Positions 27,433-37,062 of a stretch of 64,000 bases of DNA are shown here, piece by piece (position 1 is the stretch's first letter; every line of letters starts with the position of its first letter). The DNA comes from an uncultured Candidatus Saccharibacteria bacterium (GTDB lineage Bacteria > Patescibacteriota > Saccharimonadia > Saccharimonadales > AWTP1-31): contig CAZVTA010000001.1 in NCBI GenBank assembly GCA_964629815.1, forward strand, positions 253,226 to 317,225. Reading direction: 5' to 3'. A program made the translations under genes and the position numbers. The notes beneath the pieces were generated by a model that saw only the letters and a program-made list of their open reading frames with translations, made no database searches and had not been told where the DNA came from.

Positions 27433-27867
27433 CTATTCTGCGGCTTCTTCAGCAGAATCTTCGACAGGTGCAGCTGCCTCTACCGGCTTCTCTTTAACTG
27501 TGTTTACCGCATTTTTGTCGAAGTCGACACTCGAAAGACGTGCAGCTTTACCGGTTCGAGCACGCATGTACGTTAAGTAATTTCGGCGAACTTTGCTTCG
27601 TTTGGTCACCTCAACCTTAACCACTTGAGGAGAGTGCAATAGGTATGATTTCTCCACACCGATACCGCCAGAAACACGACGAACTGTGATGTTAGAGGTA
27701 AGACTGTTCTTTTTAGTAACTCGAATAACCAAGCCTTCAAAGATCTGAACGCGTTCCTTGCTACCTTCTTTAATTTTTTGGTGCACGCGAACAGTGTCGC
27801 CTGGGCGGACATCCACAACATCGTGCTTTTTATACTTTTCTTCAATTTTTTGAATAATTGACTGCAT
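27433..27867 (-). CDS. rplS: 50S ribosomal protein L19 with an acidic/Ala-rich C-terminal extension
   Basis: The translation from ATG 27867 reads MQSIIQKIEEKYKKHDVVDVRPGDTVRVHQKIKEGSKERVQIFEGLVI, the L19 signature. The upstream 16 codons in the ORF track are rejected. TGGTATACT lies at 27904-27912. Confidence 0.93.
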   Translation of the reverse strand: MQSIIQKIEEKYKKHDVVDVRPGDTVRVHQKIKEGSKERVQIFEGLVIRVTKKNSLTSNITVRRVSGGIGVEKSYLLHSPQVVKVEVTKRSKVRRNYLTYMRARTGKAARLSSVDFDKNAVNTVKEKPVEAAAPVEDSAEEAAE

Positions 27868-27903
27868 AGATATATACCTTACACTATTTCTTGACTTTGT
27901 ACA

Positions 27904-27912
27904 AGTATACCA
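27904..27912 (-). promoter_or_regulatory. extended -10 TGGTATACT of rplS (leadered)
   Basis: The minus strand reads aTGGTATACTtgtacaaagtcaagaaatagtgtAAGGtatatatctATG. Confidence 0.5.
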
Positions 27913-27956
27913 CATCTGTTGTGATTATGAAATAGTTCAATATGACATTTTGGCGG

Positions 27957-27962
27957 TATACT
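27957..27962 (+). promoter_or_regulatory. -10 box TATACT 6 nt upstream of the malic-enzyme ATG 27969 (leaderless candidate)
   Basis: Reads cggTATACTaaatttATG. Confidence 0.45.
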
Positions 27963-27968
27963 AAATTT

Positions 27969-29105
27969 ATGAACTACGACGAACAAGCCCTCGCAGCCCA
28001 CAAACAACACCAAGGTAAGATCGCTCTCGCGCTTAAAGATTCACTCGATACAACCGACAAACTAAGCACTTATTACACACCCGGTGTTGCTGCCGTCAGC
28101 CGCCATCTTGCAGAACACCCAGAAGATACGCGTGACTACACGTGGACAGGAAATACTGTTGCAGTTATTAGTGATGGCTCAGCCGTACTTGGCTTGGGAA
28201 ACATCGGTCCAGAGGGAGCTTTACCCGTTATGGAGGGCAAATGTATGTTATTTAAACACTTTGCCAACATCGACGCCATTCCACTGGTACTTAATGTTCA
28301 TACCGCAGATGAGATTGTAAATACCATACAAGCACTTGCGCCCAGCTTTGGAGGCATAAACCTAGAAGACATTGCCGCGCCTCTCTGCTTTGAAGTTGAA
28401 TCACGACTTAAAGAATCGCTTGATATTCCTGTATTTCATGACGACCAGCACGGTACCGCTATTGTTGTGTTGGCTGGGCTTATAAATGCCGCAAAAATAA
28501 CCGGCAAAGATCTGTCTTCCTGCAGAATTGTTGTGGTTGGCGCCGGTGCGGCTGGAACAGCTATCATAAAGCTCCTTAATCGGTATGCAAAACCAGAGAT
28601 ACTTGCTGTCGATAGTAAGGGTATTATTAGCAAAGCACGTACCGACCTTAATGCAGACAAAAAAGATCTACTTGCTTTCACAAACAGCAAAGATGTAACA
28701 GGAAGCCTTTCGGACGCCATCATTGGCGCTGATATCTTTATTGGCGTGTCGCAGGCTGGCCTTCTAACACAAGAGATGGTGCAATCTATGAACAAAGATG
28801 CGATCATTTTTGCTATGGCAAACCCCGAGCCAGAAATTTTACCAGATATCGCCAAAACTGCAGGCGCAAAGGTCGTCGCAACCGGTCGCAGTGATTTTCC
28901 AAACCAAGTTAATAATGCACTTGCTTTTCCTGGCATCTTTAGAGGAGCATTAGACAACCGAGTCAAAGCCATAACCGAAGACCACAAGCTTGCAGCTGCC
29001 GAAGCAATAGCAGCGCTTGTTGAAAACCCTACACCAGAACACATTATTCCAAGCATTCAGGACAACAGATTAGTGTCTGCTGTAAAGAATATATTCAACA
29101 CGTAA
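27969..29105 (+). CDS. NAD(P)-dependent malic enzyme (short, MaeB N-domain type)
   Basis: YYTPGVA, VAVISDGSAVLGLGNIGPEGALPVMEGK, and the GAGAAG Rossmann motif. The start at MNYDEQAL (27969) is favoured by TATACT 6 nt upstream. Confidence 0.9.
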   Translation: MNYDEQALAAHKQHQGKIALALKDSLDTTDKLSTYYTPGVAAVSRHLAEHPEDTRDYTWTGNTVAVISDGSAVLGLGNIGPEGALPVMEGKCMLFKHFANIDAIPLVLNVHTADEIVNTIQALAPSFGGINLEDIAAPLCFEVESRLKESLDIPVFHDDQHGTAIVVLAGLINAAKITGKDLSSCRIVVVGAGAAGTAIIKLLNRYAKPEILAVDSKGIISKARTDLNADKKDLLAFTNSKDVTGSLSDAIIGADIFIGVSQAGLLTQEMVQSMNKDAIIFAMANPEPEILPDIAKTAGAKVVATGRSDFPNQVNNALAFPGIFRGALDNRVKAITEDHKLAAAEAIAALVENPTPEHIIPSIQDNRLVSAVKNIFNT

Positions 29106-29108
29106 GAA

Positions 29109-29888
29109 TTAATCTCGTTCTAGAACATAAATACGCTGATACCCAAGCACATGACCGATCATACGAGACGCCACTGTGTCCCGTGACGACATATCAACGT
29201 AATGTCTGACCAGTCGTTTACCGAACGTATCAGGCTCTGGCGCAGATGTTGGGGCTATATACTGACCCCTGCCAATTTCGCGAACAGCATCGGTCATACC
29301 GACTGTTTCGAATTGTCGAATAGGGCGATATCCATTTTGCCTAAAAAGCCTTTTATGTGCCCGAGCGTCGCCAAAGATATGGTGCGTACGATCAAACAAT
29401 CCCGAATCTGGCCAACCGTGTCGAAGCGCCCCAGACGCCTCACGGACTGTAAACAAACGATGTGCCGATATCAGCGGCATTGAAACAATGAGCCGGTGTC
29501 CAGGTTTACCAACACGCGCACATTCTTCAAAAATGGCCGGAGCATAACGCTTCGGAAAATGCTCAACTATATCAAGCGCTAATATAGCGTCAAACTGCCC
29601 GTCACGTAATGGAAGCTCTATTGCTTCTGCCTGAATAGCAAGCTCACTAGTATTTGCAGAGACAGCGTCATATGCAAGATCTACACCAATTATATTTTGT
29701 TTTGGTACATTTATTTCCTTATAGTTTACGACGCCATCATTGCACCCTAAGTCCAAAATAACCGCATCAGTATTCGCAATTTCGCCTAAGAGATTGCCTA
29801 CCGTTTTGTAGACAGGGTTTGCATATCGTTCATCAATCGGTTGTTGCAGATAAACACTCTCGCCAGCTTCATTTGTGTTCGTAAACAT
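29109..29888 (-). CDS. class I SAM-dependent methyltransferase
   Basis: 259 aa. VILDLGCNDGV motif I, DAILALDIVEHFP. Confidence 0.8.
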   Translation of the reverse strand: MFTNTNEAGESVYLQQPIDERYANPVYKTVGNLLGEIANTDAVILDLGCNDGVVNYKEINVPKQNIIGVDLAYDAVSANTSELAIQAEAIELPLRDGQFDAILALDIVEHFPKRYAPAIFEECARVGKPGHRLIVSMPLISAHRLFTVREASGALRHGWPDSGLFDRTHHIFGDARAHKRLFRQNGYRPIRQFETVGMTDAVREIGRGQYIAPTSAPEPDTFGKRLVRHYVDMSSRDTVASRMIGHVLGYQRIYVLERD

Positions 29889-29896
29889 GCTTGAAG

Positions 29897-29924
29897 ATTC
29901 TACAGCACAAAACTACTTTGTCAA
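29897..29924 (-). promoter_or_regulatory. sigma70-type promoter TTGACA-N16-TAGAAT, with the -10 box 8 nt upstream of ATG 29888 (leaderless candidate)
   Basis: The minus strand reads TTGACAaagtagttttgtgctgTAGAATcttcaagcATG. Confidence 0.55.
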
Positions 29925-29926
29925 TA

Positions 29927-31531
29927 CTAGCCTAGAACCCGAAATACTTCGTCGGCGCTCGTTTCACCGGCAAGCATTTTATAGACGGCACTCTGAAGCA
30001 TGGTTATCATACCATCTTTGATTGCAGCTTTTTCAATGTCTAATGCACTCAACTTTGCGCCTTGAACCTGCAGTAGCCTTACAAGGCCATCTGTCATAAC
30101 CATCTGCTCTCTGAGCGCTATCTGCCCCGAATAGCCAAACGGATTTGACTCGGATTTGCCGGGTTTATATAGCCGTATATTCGATAGGTCTGGCCGTTGT
30201 ACCATAGGTGGAAGCGAAGCAACAATTTCCTGAATTTTGGCTCGAACCGTTGCATCTGGTTCGTAAGCTTGTCGTGTTGCAGGGTCAAGCCGCCGCACAA
30301 GACGCTGAGCCATGATAAGCCGAATAGCTGAAAGGAATAAAGGATTTTGCCCGATAACATCCATAAGTCTCGTAAGAGCCGCAGCTGTGGAACCAGCGTG
30401 AAACGTTGAGAGTACCAAGTGTCCCGTAAGCGAAGCTTGCAGTGCAGTTTTTGCCGTATCAAGATCTCGGACTTCTCCCACCATCACGACATCCGGATCA
30501 AGGCGAAGCACAGCACGCAATTTGTTCGCAAACTGCGTCTGCTCTGAATTCTTGCTTGTTACAGATATCTGGGTTATACCCTCGAACTGATATTCAACAG
30601 GGTCTTCAATGGTAATAATTTTACGCTCGATAGTGTTAAGCGAATTGAGCATAGAATACAACGTCGTGGTCTTCCCGGAGCCCGTTGGCCCGACGGCAAG
30701 CACCAATCCCGAGGGTTTTTGAATAATACCCTCTACAATTTGCCGTTCACGCGTACTTAGCCCTAACCGATCAAGGCTGTACATTTCTGCGTTCATGTTA
30801 AACAGTCGCATTACAATGTCCATACCATTGATAGACGGAACCGTTTCAACACGAAGGTTGATATCAACCAAGTGGCCATCCGCCATTGTAACGCGTTGTC
30901 GGATGTGACCCTGTTGTGCCTCTTCCGAAGATGTAGAGATATTACCCGCACTTGCAATAGCACTGGTAAGCATTCTATTTTTTTCAACGCTGAGCTTTGC
31001 AACAGGGTGTAATACGCCATCTATCCTAAAACGAATACGAACCGCATCGAGCTGGTTCTCAATATGAATGTCAGATGCAGCCAACTTGTGCGCTTGCTGT
31101 GTGATATACGCCAACATATCATCGGCACGAACCTGTTCTAACGTTTTTGACACTTGCTCAATAAGCCCACTTTGATCGGAAGATGTTACCGACATATCCT
31201 GATATACGACCTGCTTTGGTGGATCGTACAGTTTCATGTAGTCTTTATAGCCAGTATCCGAAATCAACACAAACGAAAGTGTTGCATCTATAAACCGTTG
31301 CTTAAGACTGGCTATCGTTTGCTGAGAGGTGGTTGTCGTTATTCCAAACGTAATGCGGTTTGATTCTACAGAAATAGGTATAACACGTAGTGAGTACATT
31401 TCTTGAGGAGTGAGCGCATCCTTAAACAATGGTTTAGCTGCTTGAGCAGAAGTGTCTAAATACTCAAAACCCAGCAAACCAGCTCGCTTTGCGGTTGAAA
31501 GCTCTTCATCGCGTCTCGCATCTTGACTCAT
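29927..31531 (-). CDS. pilB: type IV pilus / type II secretion assembly ATPase (GspE/PilB family)
   Basis: Walker A GPTGSGKTTT, Asp box, Walker B DPDVVMVGEVRD, and His box TGHLVLSTFH. The start at MSQDARR (31531) is preferred over 31579. Confidence 0.88.
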   Translation of the reverse strand: MSQDARRDEELSTAKRAGLLGFEYLDTSAQAAKPLFKDALTPQEMYSLRVIPISVESNRITFGITTTTSQQTIASLKQRFIDATLSFVLISDTGYKDYMKLYDPPKQVVYQDMSVTSSDQSGLIEQVSKTLEQVRADDMLAYITQQAHKLAASDIHIENQLDAVRIRFRIDGVLHPVAKLSVEKNRMLTSAIASAGNISTSSEEAQQGHIRQRVTMADGHLVDINLRVETVPSINGMDIVMRLFNMNAEMYSLDRLGLSTRERQIVEGIIQKPSGLVLAVGPTGSGKTTTLYSMLNSLNTIERKIITIEDPVEYQFEGITQISVTSKNSEQTQFANKLRAVLRLDPDVVMVGEVRDLDTAKTALQASLTGHLVLSTFHAGSTAAALTRLMDVIGQNPLFLSAIRLIMAQRLVRRLDPATRQAYEPDATVRAKIQEIVASLPPMVQRPDLSNIRLYKPGKSESNPFGYSGQIALREQMVMTDGLVRLLQVQGAKLSALDIEKAAIKDGMITMLQSAVYKMLAGETSADEVFRVLG

Positions 31532-31538
31532 GCTACAT

Positions 31539-31544
31539 AGTATA
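31539..31544 (-). promoter_or_regulatory. -10 box TATACT 7 nt upstream of the pilB ATG 31531 (leaderless candidate)
   Basis: The minus strand reads tTATACTatgtagcATG. Confidence 0.45.
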
Positions 31545-31574
31545 AATGCTTGTGCTTTATATTGCACGTATGCG

Positions 31575-31580
31575 TACAAT
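31575..31580 (+). promoter_or_regulatory. -10 box TACAAT 7 nt upstream of the trmH-like ATG 31588 (leaderless candidate)
   Basis: Reads gcgTACAATacataccATG. Confidence 0.45.
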
Positions 31581-31587
31581 ACATACC

Positions 31588-32085
31588 ATGCAATCGATTG
31601 TACTTATTGCGCACAATTTGCGTAGCACACACAATGTCGGCTCGTTATTACGTACGGCTGAAGGACTCGGCATTACTCACGTGTATCTTACCGGTTATAC
31701 GCCTTATCCAACCCAAGCCAACGATACGCGGCTCCCTCACGAATCCATTAAAATAACAGAAAAAATCCACAAAACTGCCCTGGGAGCAGAAACTTTACAG
31801 CCTAATACACACTTCGCCGACTTGCACGACGCTATATCAAAACTCAAAGATGACGGTTATTCAATTATTGGCCTTGAACAGTCCGATACTGCTATAAAAC
31901 TACCCGATTATCAGCCTCCAAAAAAGGTGGCCTTGCTTCTGGGAAGCGAGGTAGATGGTATCGCTCAACAAGACCGCTTGCTGTGTGATGCGTTACTAGA
32001 AATTCCAATGTTTGGCAGTAAAGAGTCATTCAATGTCGTGCAAGCTGCCGCAATGGCTCTCTATCACTGCAAATTCATGGCATAA
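31588..32085 (+). CDS. SpoU/TrmH-family RNA 2'-O-methyltransferase
   Basis: NVGSLLRTAEGLG, LLLGSEVDGI and IPMFGSKESFNVVQAAAMALY SPOUT motifs. The start at MQSIVLIAHN is preferred. Confidence 0.85.
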   Translation: MQSIVLIAHNLRSTHNVGSLLRTAEGLGITHVYLTGYTPYPTQANDTRLPHESIKITEKIHKTALGAETLQPNTHFADLHDAISKLKDDGYSIIGLEQSDTAIKLPDYQPPKKVALLLGSEVDGIAQQDRLLCDALLEIPMFGSKESFNVVQAAAMALYHCKFMA

Positions 32086-32111
32086 CCGTAGCATTTTAAG
32101 CATATACGTTT

Positions 32112-32117
32112 TATAAT
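32112..32117 (+). promoter_or_regulatory. -10 box TATAAT 6 nt upstream of the CAP-domain gene ATG 32124 (leaderless candidate)
   Basis: Reads ttTATAATacttgcATG. Confidence 0.45.
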
Positions 32118-32123
32118 ACTTGC

Positions 32124-33356
32124 ATGTCACACAACCGTGCCCAGCTCAAGCGTCATGGGCACCATCAAAAACGCAACCAACACTTTTTAAAGGTCTATAC
32201 ACCATACTTACCTTTACTGGCAATTCCGTTCATTGCATTAGGCATATTTAGAAATCTCACCACGCAAGCTGTCCACAATAGTCAAAATAATGTACTTGCT
32301 TTTGCAACCAATATGAGCCCTACTGATCTGCTTACGGCTACTAATAGCCGTCGCTCTGCGGCTAACGTCGGTTCACTTACAATCAACTCCAAGCTCGCCA
32401 GTGCAGCACAGGCAAAAGCGAACGATATGGCACAAAAGAACTATTGGGCTCATGTTAGTCCTGACGGTTCTCAGCCATGGAGCTTCATATCAAATGCAGG
32501 ATATAGCTACAGTAAGGCAGGTGAAAATTTGGCATGTGGCTTCGATACAAGCATGAACACTGTTACCGGCTGGTACAACAGCCCGACACACAAGGATAAC
32601 ATGCTTAAAAGTGACTATACCGAAGTCGGTTTCGGCATCGTGAACGCAGCTGATTATAATTGTGGCGACCTGGATAAAATGCAACAAACGATTATTGTTG
32701 CCATGTACGCCCAGCCTTATACCAAAGCGTCGTCTCCCCAGAGCACCAGTCAAAAAACTTCTCCTACAAGCGCAAAAGCAACCACAACAGCAAAGCCAAC
32801 CAACGTACCTACAACCAGTACCGTTAAGATTACCGTACTTGACGAAAGTGGCAAACCAGCAAAAGGCGTGCTCGTAACACTTCACTCGGAGCCTAAGACC
32901 GCCTATACAGACGAGAACGGCGTTGCAACATTCACCAATGTAGAAGACGGAGATCATACGGCACGTTTTGAACTTAATGGCATCAAAAACGAACAAAAAC
33001 TATCCGTTTCTGCTATGACAAAGCCTGAAACAGCAATTAGCATACAACAACCAAAAACTAACACGAACCAAACATCAACTACGGATGGTTCATCAAATTC
33101 TGCAACGAGTAAATCTTCATCCATATCAAAAGGTCAAATCTTAACTAATGGAAAGACACCATGGGTAAGTGGCGTCTTAGTATTATTTATAGTGTTTGCT
33201 ATTACTTTTCTCGCTACAAAACACACGGTTGCACTACACAAATTTATCGTTAAAGGCGAACGATATATACTACACCACAAGCTACTCGATGCACTTATTA
33301 TTGCGCTTGTCTTAGGAGCAGTATTACTCAGTAGAACTGTCGGTTACATTTTCTAG
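32124..33356 (+). CDS. membrane-anchored CAP/SCP (PR-1-like) domain protein with a carboxypeptidase-regulatory-like beta-sandwich and a Ser/Thr/Pro linker
   Basis: 410 aa. N-terminal TM segment. CAP motifs YWAHVSPDG, GENLACGF and GWYNSPTHKDNML. VKITVLDESGKPAKGVLVTLHSE...GVATFTNVEDGDH. C-terminal TM segments. Confidence 0.8.
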   Translation: MSHNRAQLKRHGHHQKRNQHFLKVYTPYLPLLAIPFIALGIFRNLTTQAVHNSQNNVLAFATNMSPTDLLTATNSRRSAANVGSLTINSKLASAAQAKANDMAQKNYWAHVSPDGSQPWSFISNAGYSYSKAGENLACGFDTSMNTVTGWYNSPTHKDNMLKSDYTEVGFGIVNAADYNCGDLDKMQQTIIVAMYAQPYTKASSPQSTSQKTSPTSAKATTTAKPTNVPTTSTVKITVLDESGKPAKGVLVTLHSEPKTAYTDENGVATFTNVEDGDHTARFELNGIKNEQKLSVSAMTKPETAISIQQPKTNTNQTSTTDGSSNSATSKSSSISKGQILTNGKTPWVSGVLVLFIVFAITFLATKHTVALHKFIVKGERYILHHKLLDALIIALVLGAVLLSRTVGYIF

Positions 33357-33361
33357 TAACA

Positions 33362-36300
33362 CTATTGCAATTTGACGCTGTTTTTTCCTACTAAAGATCG
33401 TAAAACCTGTAGCGCATCCTCGGTGGGCTGTATTTTGTGAGGCAAGCGCAAAACTTGTTTGTCTGCATCGTTGCCAAGCACTAAAATAACCTCCACCATA
33501 CCTGGATGTGCGTCAATAATTTGTTTAAGTGCTAGCAGCACATCATTGCTGCTCTTTTCAATTCGAACATAGCACGTGCTGTACGACGAAGCGTCATCAT
33601 TAACTGTTTGTGCTATATGCTTTACGCGCTTCTTGGGCTCGGTTGGTGTCTTAACCGCCTTACCGCCAGGTATATAATTTTTTGCCTCGTCGTGTGTCAC
33701 TTCCCGTGCAGAATCGGCTAGTATTTTTACCTCAGAAGAAACATTACCATCTCTATCCTGGCCGGTTATTTTACCTCGCACACATACAATTCTGTCTTTT
33801 TGCCAGAGTTCAGGCGCCTGCGCATACACACCCGGAAAAAGAATAAGTTCCATCTCGGCTGAAGTATCGTCGATTTTTATAAAAGCCATCTTTTGGCCTT
33901 TTTTTGTTGTTATTTCACGAACATCAAGAATCACGCCACCAACAGTAACAGCCTTGTTGTGCATCGTCGGTTTTAATTGCGCCAAAGGCACTGTTTGCTC
34001 TGATAGCCAAATTTTATAATCCTCAAGCGGGTGTTGCGACAAATAGAGTCCAAGTAATTCTCGTTCCCATTGCAGCTGTTCACGCTGAGTAAATTGGTGA
34101 ACATCTTCATCTAGTTTTAGTTTCGGTCGAAAATCATCGGCTTCTGAAACAACATTACCGAACAGATCAGTTTGACCACTTACTTTCTCTTTCTGCAATC
34201 GAGAGCCATAGCCTAATAACACATCAAGGTTACCTAAAAGTAAAGATCGATCACCAAACCTATCTAGGGCGCCAGCTTTAATAAGGCTTTCCAACGCTTT
34301 TCTATTAACAACTCGTACGTTTACTCGCTCAAAGAAATCTTCGAGATTTTTGAACGGCGCTTCACTTCGTGCTCGAATGATCTCTTCTACGGCACCTGAT
34401 CCTACATTTTTTATCGCCGCCATTCCAAATCGTATTTGATTTGTTTCTGGAACAACAGCAAATTCCAGGAAAGATTCAGCCACATCGGGAGATAGTACCG
34501 TAAGACCCATGTGGTTGCACTCACTAATCTCGATTGCTAATCTGTCAGTGTCATCAAAGTCGCTCGTCATGAGTGCCGCCATAAACGCAGCCGGATAATG
34601 AGCCTTAAGATAGGCTGTCTGATAAGCAATAAGCGCATAACATGCGGCATGCGATTTATTGAAACAGTATGCTGCAAAATCTTCGAGCTGTTTCCAAAAC
34701 TGTTGCATCAGGCCCTGATCTATACCGGATACTCGTTGCCCACCAGAGATCATTTTGTCCTTCATTTTTGCCATAAGCTCAGCATTCTTTTTACCTATAG
34801 CCTTACGCAAAGTGTCAGCTTCACCGCCCGTAAAGCCGCATACTTCTTTACTTATCTGCATAACCTGTTCCTGATACACCAGCACCCCATAGGTATTCTT
34901 TAGAGCATTTTCCATAGTAGGATGAGGATATATGATCTCTCGTTGCCCATGTTTCCGCGCAATAAAGTCATCAATAAACTGCATTGGACCTGGCCGGTAC
35001 AATGCAACCATGGCAACGATATCTTCGAATTCTGTAGGACGAAGCTCTTTTAGATAGCGCTTCATTCCCGCAGATTCCAACTGAAACACCCCAGTTGTAT
35101 CGCCATGCTGAAAAAGTTTCATGGCTTTGTCATCGTCGAGTGGGATGGTGTTGATATCGATATCTTTGGCATAAACCTTTTTGATAATACGCAGTGCGTT
35201 TTTTATGATCGTTAAGTTCGAAAGTCCCAAGAAATCCATCTTGAGCAGACCAAGCTCTTCTACTGGTCCCATTGAGTACTGCGTTGATATTACCCCTTTT
35301 TGTGCCATCTCGAGCGGAGCATACTTTACGATTTCGCTTGGAGCTATGACAACGCCTGCAGCATGTACGCCGTGGCTCCGAATCGTTCCTTCCATCTGTA
35401 TTGCAAGATCAAAAATGCGTTTGCTTTGCTCATTTGATTCGTACTCTGTTTTTAGGTCTACGTCGTCTTTTAGCGACTGTTTGAGCGGAATATGCCGCCC
35501 CTGCACTGGAGGAGGAATCATTTTTGCAAGTCTATCCGCTTCGGCGTATGGAACCTGCAAAACTCTTGCTACATCGCGTACTGCGTTGCGCGCCGCCATA
35601 CGACCGAAAGTCACGATATTCGCGACACGGTCTGTTCCATATTTACGCACGCAATATTGGATAACCTCATCTCTTCGTGTATCTTGAATATCAATATCAA
35701 TATCCGGCATGCTGATTCGATCTGGGTTGAGAAATCTCTCAAATAGCAGGTCATATTTTATTGGGTCAAGCTCGGTAATCTTTAATGCATATGCAATAAT
35801 CGAGCCCGCCGCGGAACCCCTTCCAGGACCAAAAACAATACCTTCATCCTTGCCCCAGTTAATAAAGTCAGAAATAATCAAGAAATAGCCGTTAAACCCC
35901 ATCTGACTTATAACATTAAGCTCATATTCGGTGCGCTCTGCAATATGCTTAGGTAATGCTTTTTTTGCAACAGCAATACTCATCTTCGAAGCGTCTACTT
36001 CGCTTATACCTCCGTATCGCCACGCAACACCCCTGTAGACCAGCTTATGTAGGTAAGATTCCTCGGTTTCGCCTTCAGGGACCGGAAATTGCGGGATAAG
36101 AATTTTACCGAGTTCTATGTCTACACTGCACCTTTCGGCAATCTTGCGAGTATTTGTGATGATATCAGGATGAGTCTTGCCCCACCGTGTAATAATTTCT
36201 TCTGGGTCAGTCACATGCAGTTCAAATTCTTTAAGACTCATACGTTTTTCGTCGCTCATAAATGATCCCGTCTGTACACACAATAAGATCTCGTGAGCTT

Positions 36301-37000
36301 CTTGGTCTGCATGTTTCAAGTAATGTGCATCACATGTTAATGCGCATTCGATATCTAGTTCTTGGGCAAGGCGAAACGTTTCTTTTGTTACACGCACCTG
36401 CTCATCCCAAGCACTGGTGTGGTCTGGGTGACCATGGTCTTGAATCTCTAAATAGTATCGATCACCAAAGACCTGCTCGTACCACTGCGCTGTTTCTTTA
36501 GCTTTATCATACTGCTGGTTGCGCAGTGCATCACCTACTTCGCCACCGATACAGCCACTTAATACAATGAGTCCCTCGTTATACTTTTCGAGCAGTTCAT
36601 GGTCGACGCGCGGTTTATAGTAAAATCCATCGAGGTTAGCTATTGTACTAAGCCGCATAAGGTTTTCGTAACCCACATTGTTCATTGCAAGCAGTATTAA
36701 ATGAAACGGTGTTTTGTCTTTGCCGGCATCTTTATCAGTGTGTCGTCGAGGCGACACATACGTTTCCATACCAATAACGGGCTTTACTCCAGCTGCGTTG
36801 CACGCCTTATAAAACTCAATAACACCAGACATAGTGCCGTGATCTGTCATAGCAACAGCAGGCATCTTATGCTCGTTTACATAAGCGACCAAGTCAGGAA
36901 CTTTCGTTAACCCATCGAGCAAGCTGTACTGCGTATGATTATGCAAGTGAACATAATCAGCACCAGTTAAGGTGTTTTTTTGCGTCAAAATATACCCCAA
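33362..37000 (-). CDS. dnaE: DNA polymerase III alpha subunit
   Basis: 1212 aa. PHP domain HLHNHTQYSLLDG, palm motif MPDIDIDI, GVHAAGVVI, and a C-terminal OB fold. No ATG is available, so a TTG start at 37000 or 36988 is implied. Confidence 0.95.
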   Translation of the reverse strand: MGYILTQKNTLTGADYVHLHNHTQYSLLDGLTKVPDLVAYVNEHKMPAVAMTDHGTMSGVIEFYKACNAAGVKPVIGMETYVSPRRHTDKDAGKDKTPFHLILLAMNNVGYENLMRLSTIANLDGFYYKPRVDHELLEKYNEGLIVLSGCIGGEVGDALRNQQYDKAKETAQWYEQVFGDRYYLEIQDHGHPDHTSAWDEQVRVTKETFRLAQELDIECALTCDAHYLKHADQEAHEILLCVQTGSFMSDEKRMSLKEFELHVTDPEEIITRWGKTHPDIITNTRKIAERCSVDIELGKILIPQFPVPEGETEESYLHKLVYRGVAWRYGGISEVDASKMSIAVAKKALPKHIAERTEYELNVISQMGFNGYFLIISDFINWGKDEGIVFGPGRGSAAGSIIAYALKITELDPIKYDLLFERFLNPDRISMPDIDIDIQDTRRDEVIQYCVRKYGTDRVANIVTFGRMAARNAVRDVARVLQVPYAEADRLAKMIPPPVQGRHIPLKQSLKDDVDLKTEYESNEQSKRIFDLAIQMEGTIRSHGVHAAGVVIAPSEIVKYAPLEMAQKGVISTQYSMGPVEELGLLKMDFLGLSNLTIIKNALRIIKKVYAKDIDINTIPLDDDKAMKLFQHGDTTGVFQLESAGMKRYLKELRPTEFEDIVAMVALYRPGPMQFIDDFIARKHGQREIIYPHPTMENALKNTYGVLVYQEQVMQISKEVCGFTGGEADTLRKAIGKKNAELMAKMKDKMISGGQRVSGIDQGLMQQFWKQLEDFAAYCFNKSHAACYALIAYQTAYLKAHYPAAFMAALMTSDFDDTDRLAIEISECNHMGLTVLSPDVAESFLEFAVVPETNQIRFGMAAIKNVGSGAVEEIIRARSEAPFKNLEDFFERVNVRVVNRKALESLIKAGALDRFGDRSLLLGNLDVLLGYGSRLQKEKVSGQTDLFGNVVSEADDFRPKLKLDEDVHQFTQREQLQWERELLGLYLSQHPLEDYKIWLSEQTVPLAQLKPTMHNKAVTVGGVILDVREITTKKGQKMAFIKIDDTSAEMELILFPGVYAQAPELWQKDRIVCVRGKITGQDRDGNVSSEVKILADSAREVTHDEAKNYIPGGKAVKTPTEPKKRVKHIAQTVNDDASSYSTCYVRIEKSSNDVLLALKQIIDAHPGMVEVILVLGNDADKQVLRLPHKIQPTEDALQVLRSLVGKNSVKLQ

Positions 37001-37062
37001 AGTTACCTATACATTGTAGGAAAATTATCGCTTCAAAGCGAGTAATCGTACAATTTTACAAA

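Noticed and set aside
31532-31579. Long N-terminal extensions offered by the ORF track. These are pilB from 31579, trmH-like from 31546, ppa from 56431, fba from 51205, rplS from 27915, the tkt C-terminal subunit from 52823, ytxH from 37509, the gatA-gatB insert from 39609 and clpP from 3111.
   Set aside because: The extensions are non-conserved, often Cys/Tyr/Phe-rich, and several start at TTG. The internal ATGs match the family N-termini and have either an SD or a -10 box at the right distance.
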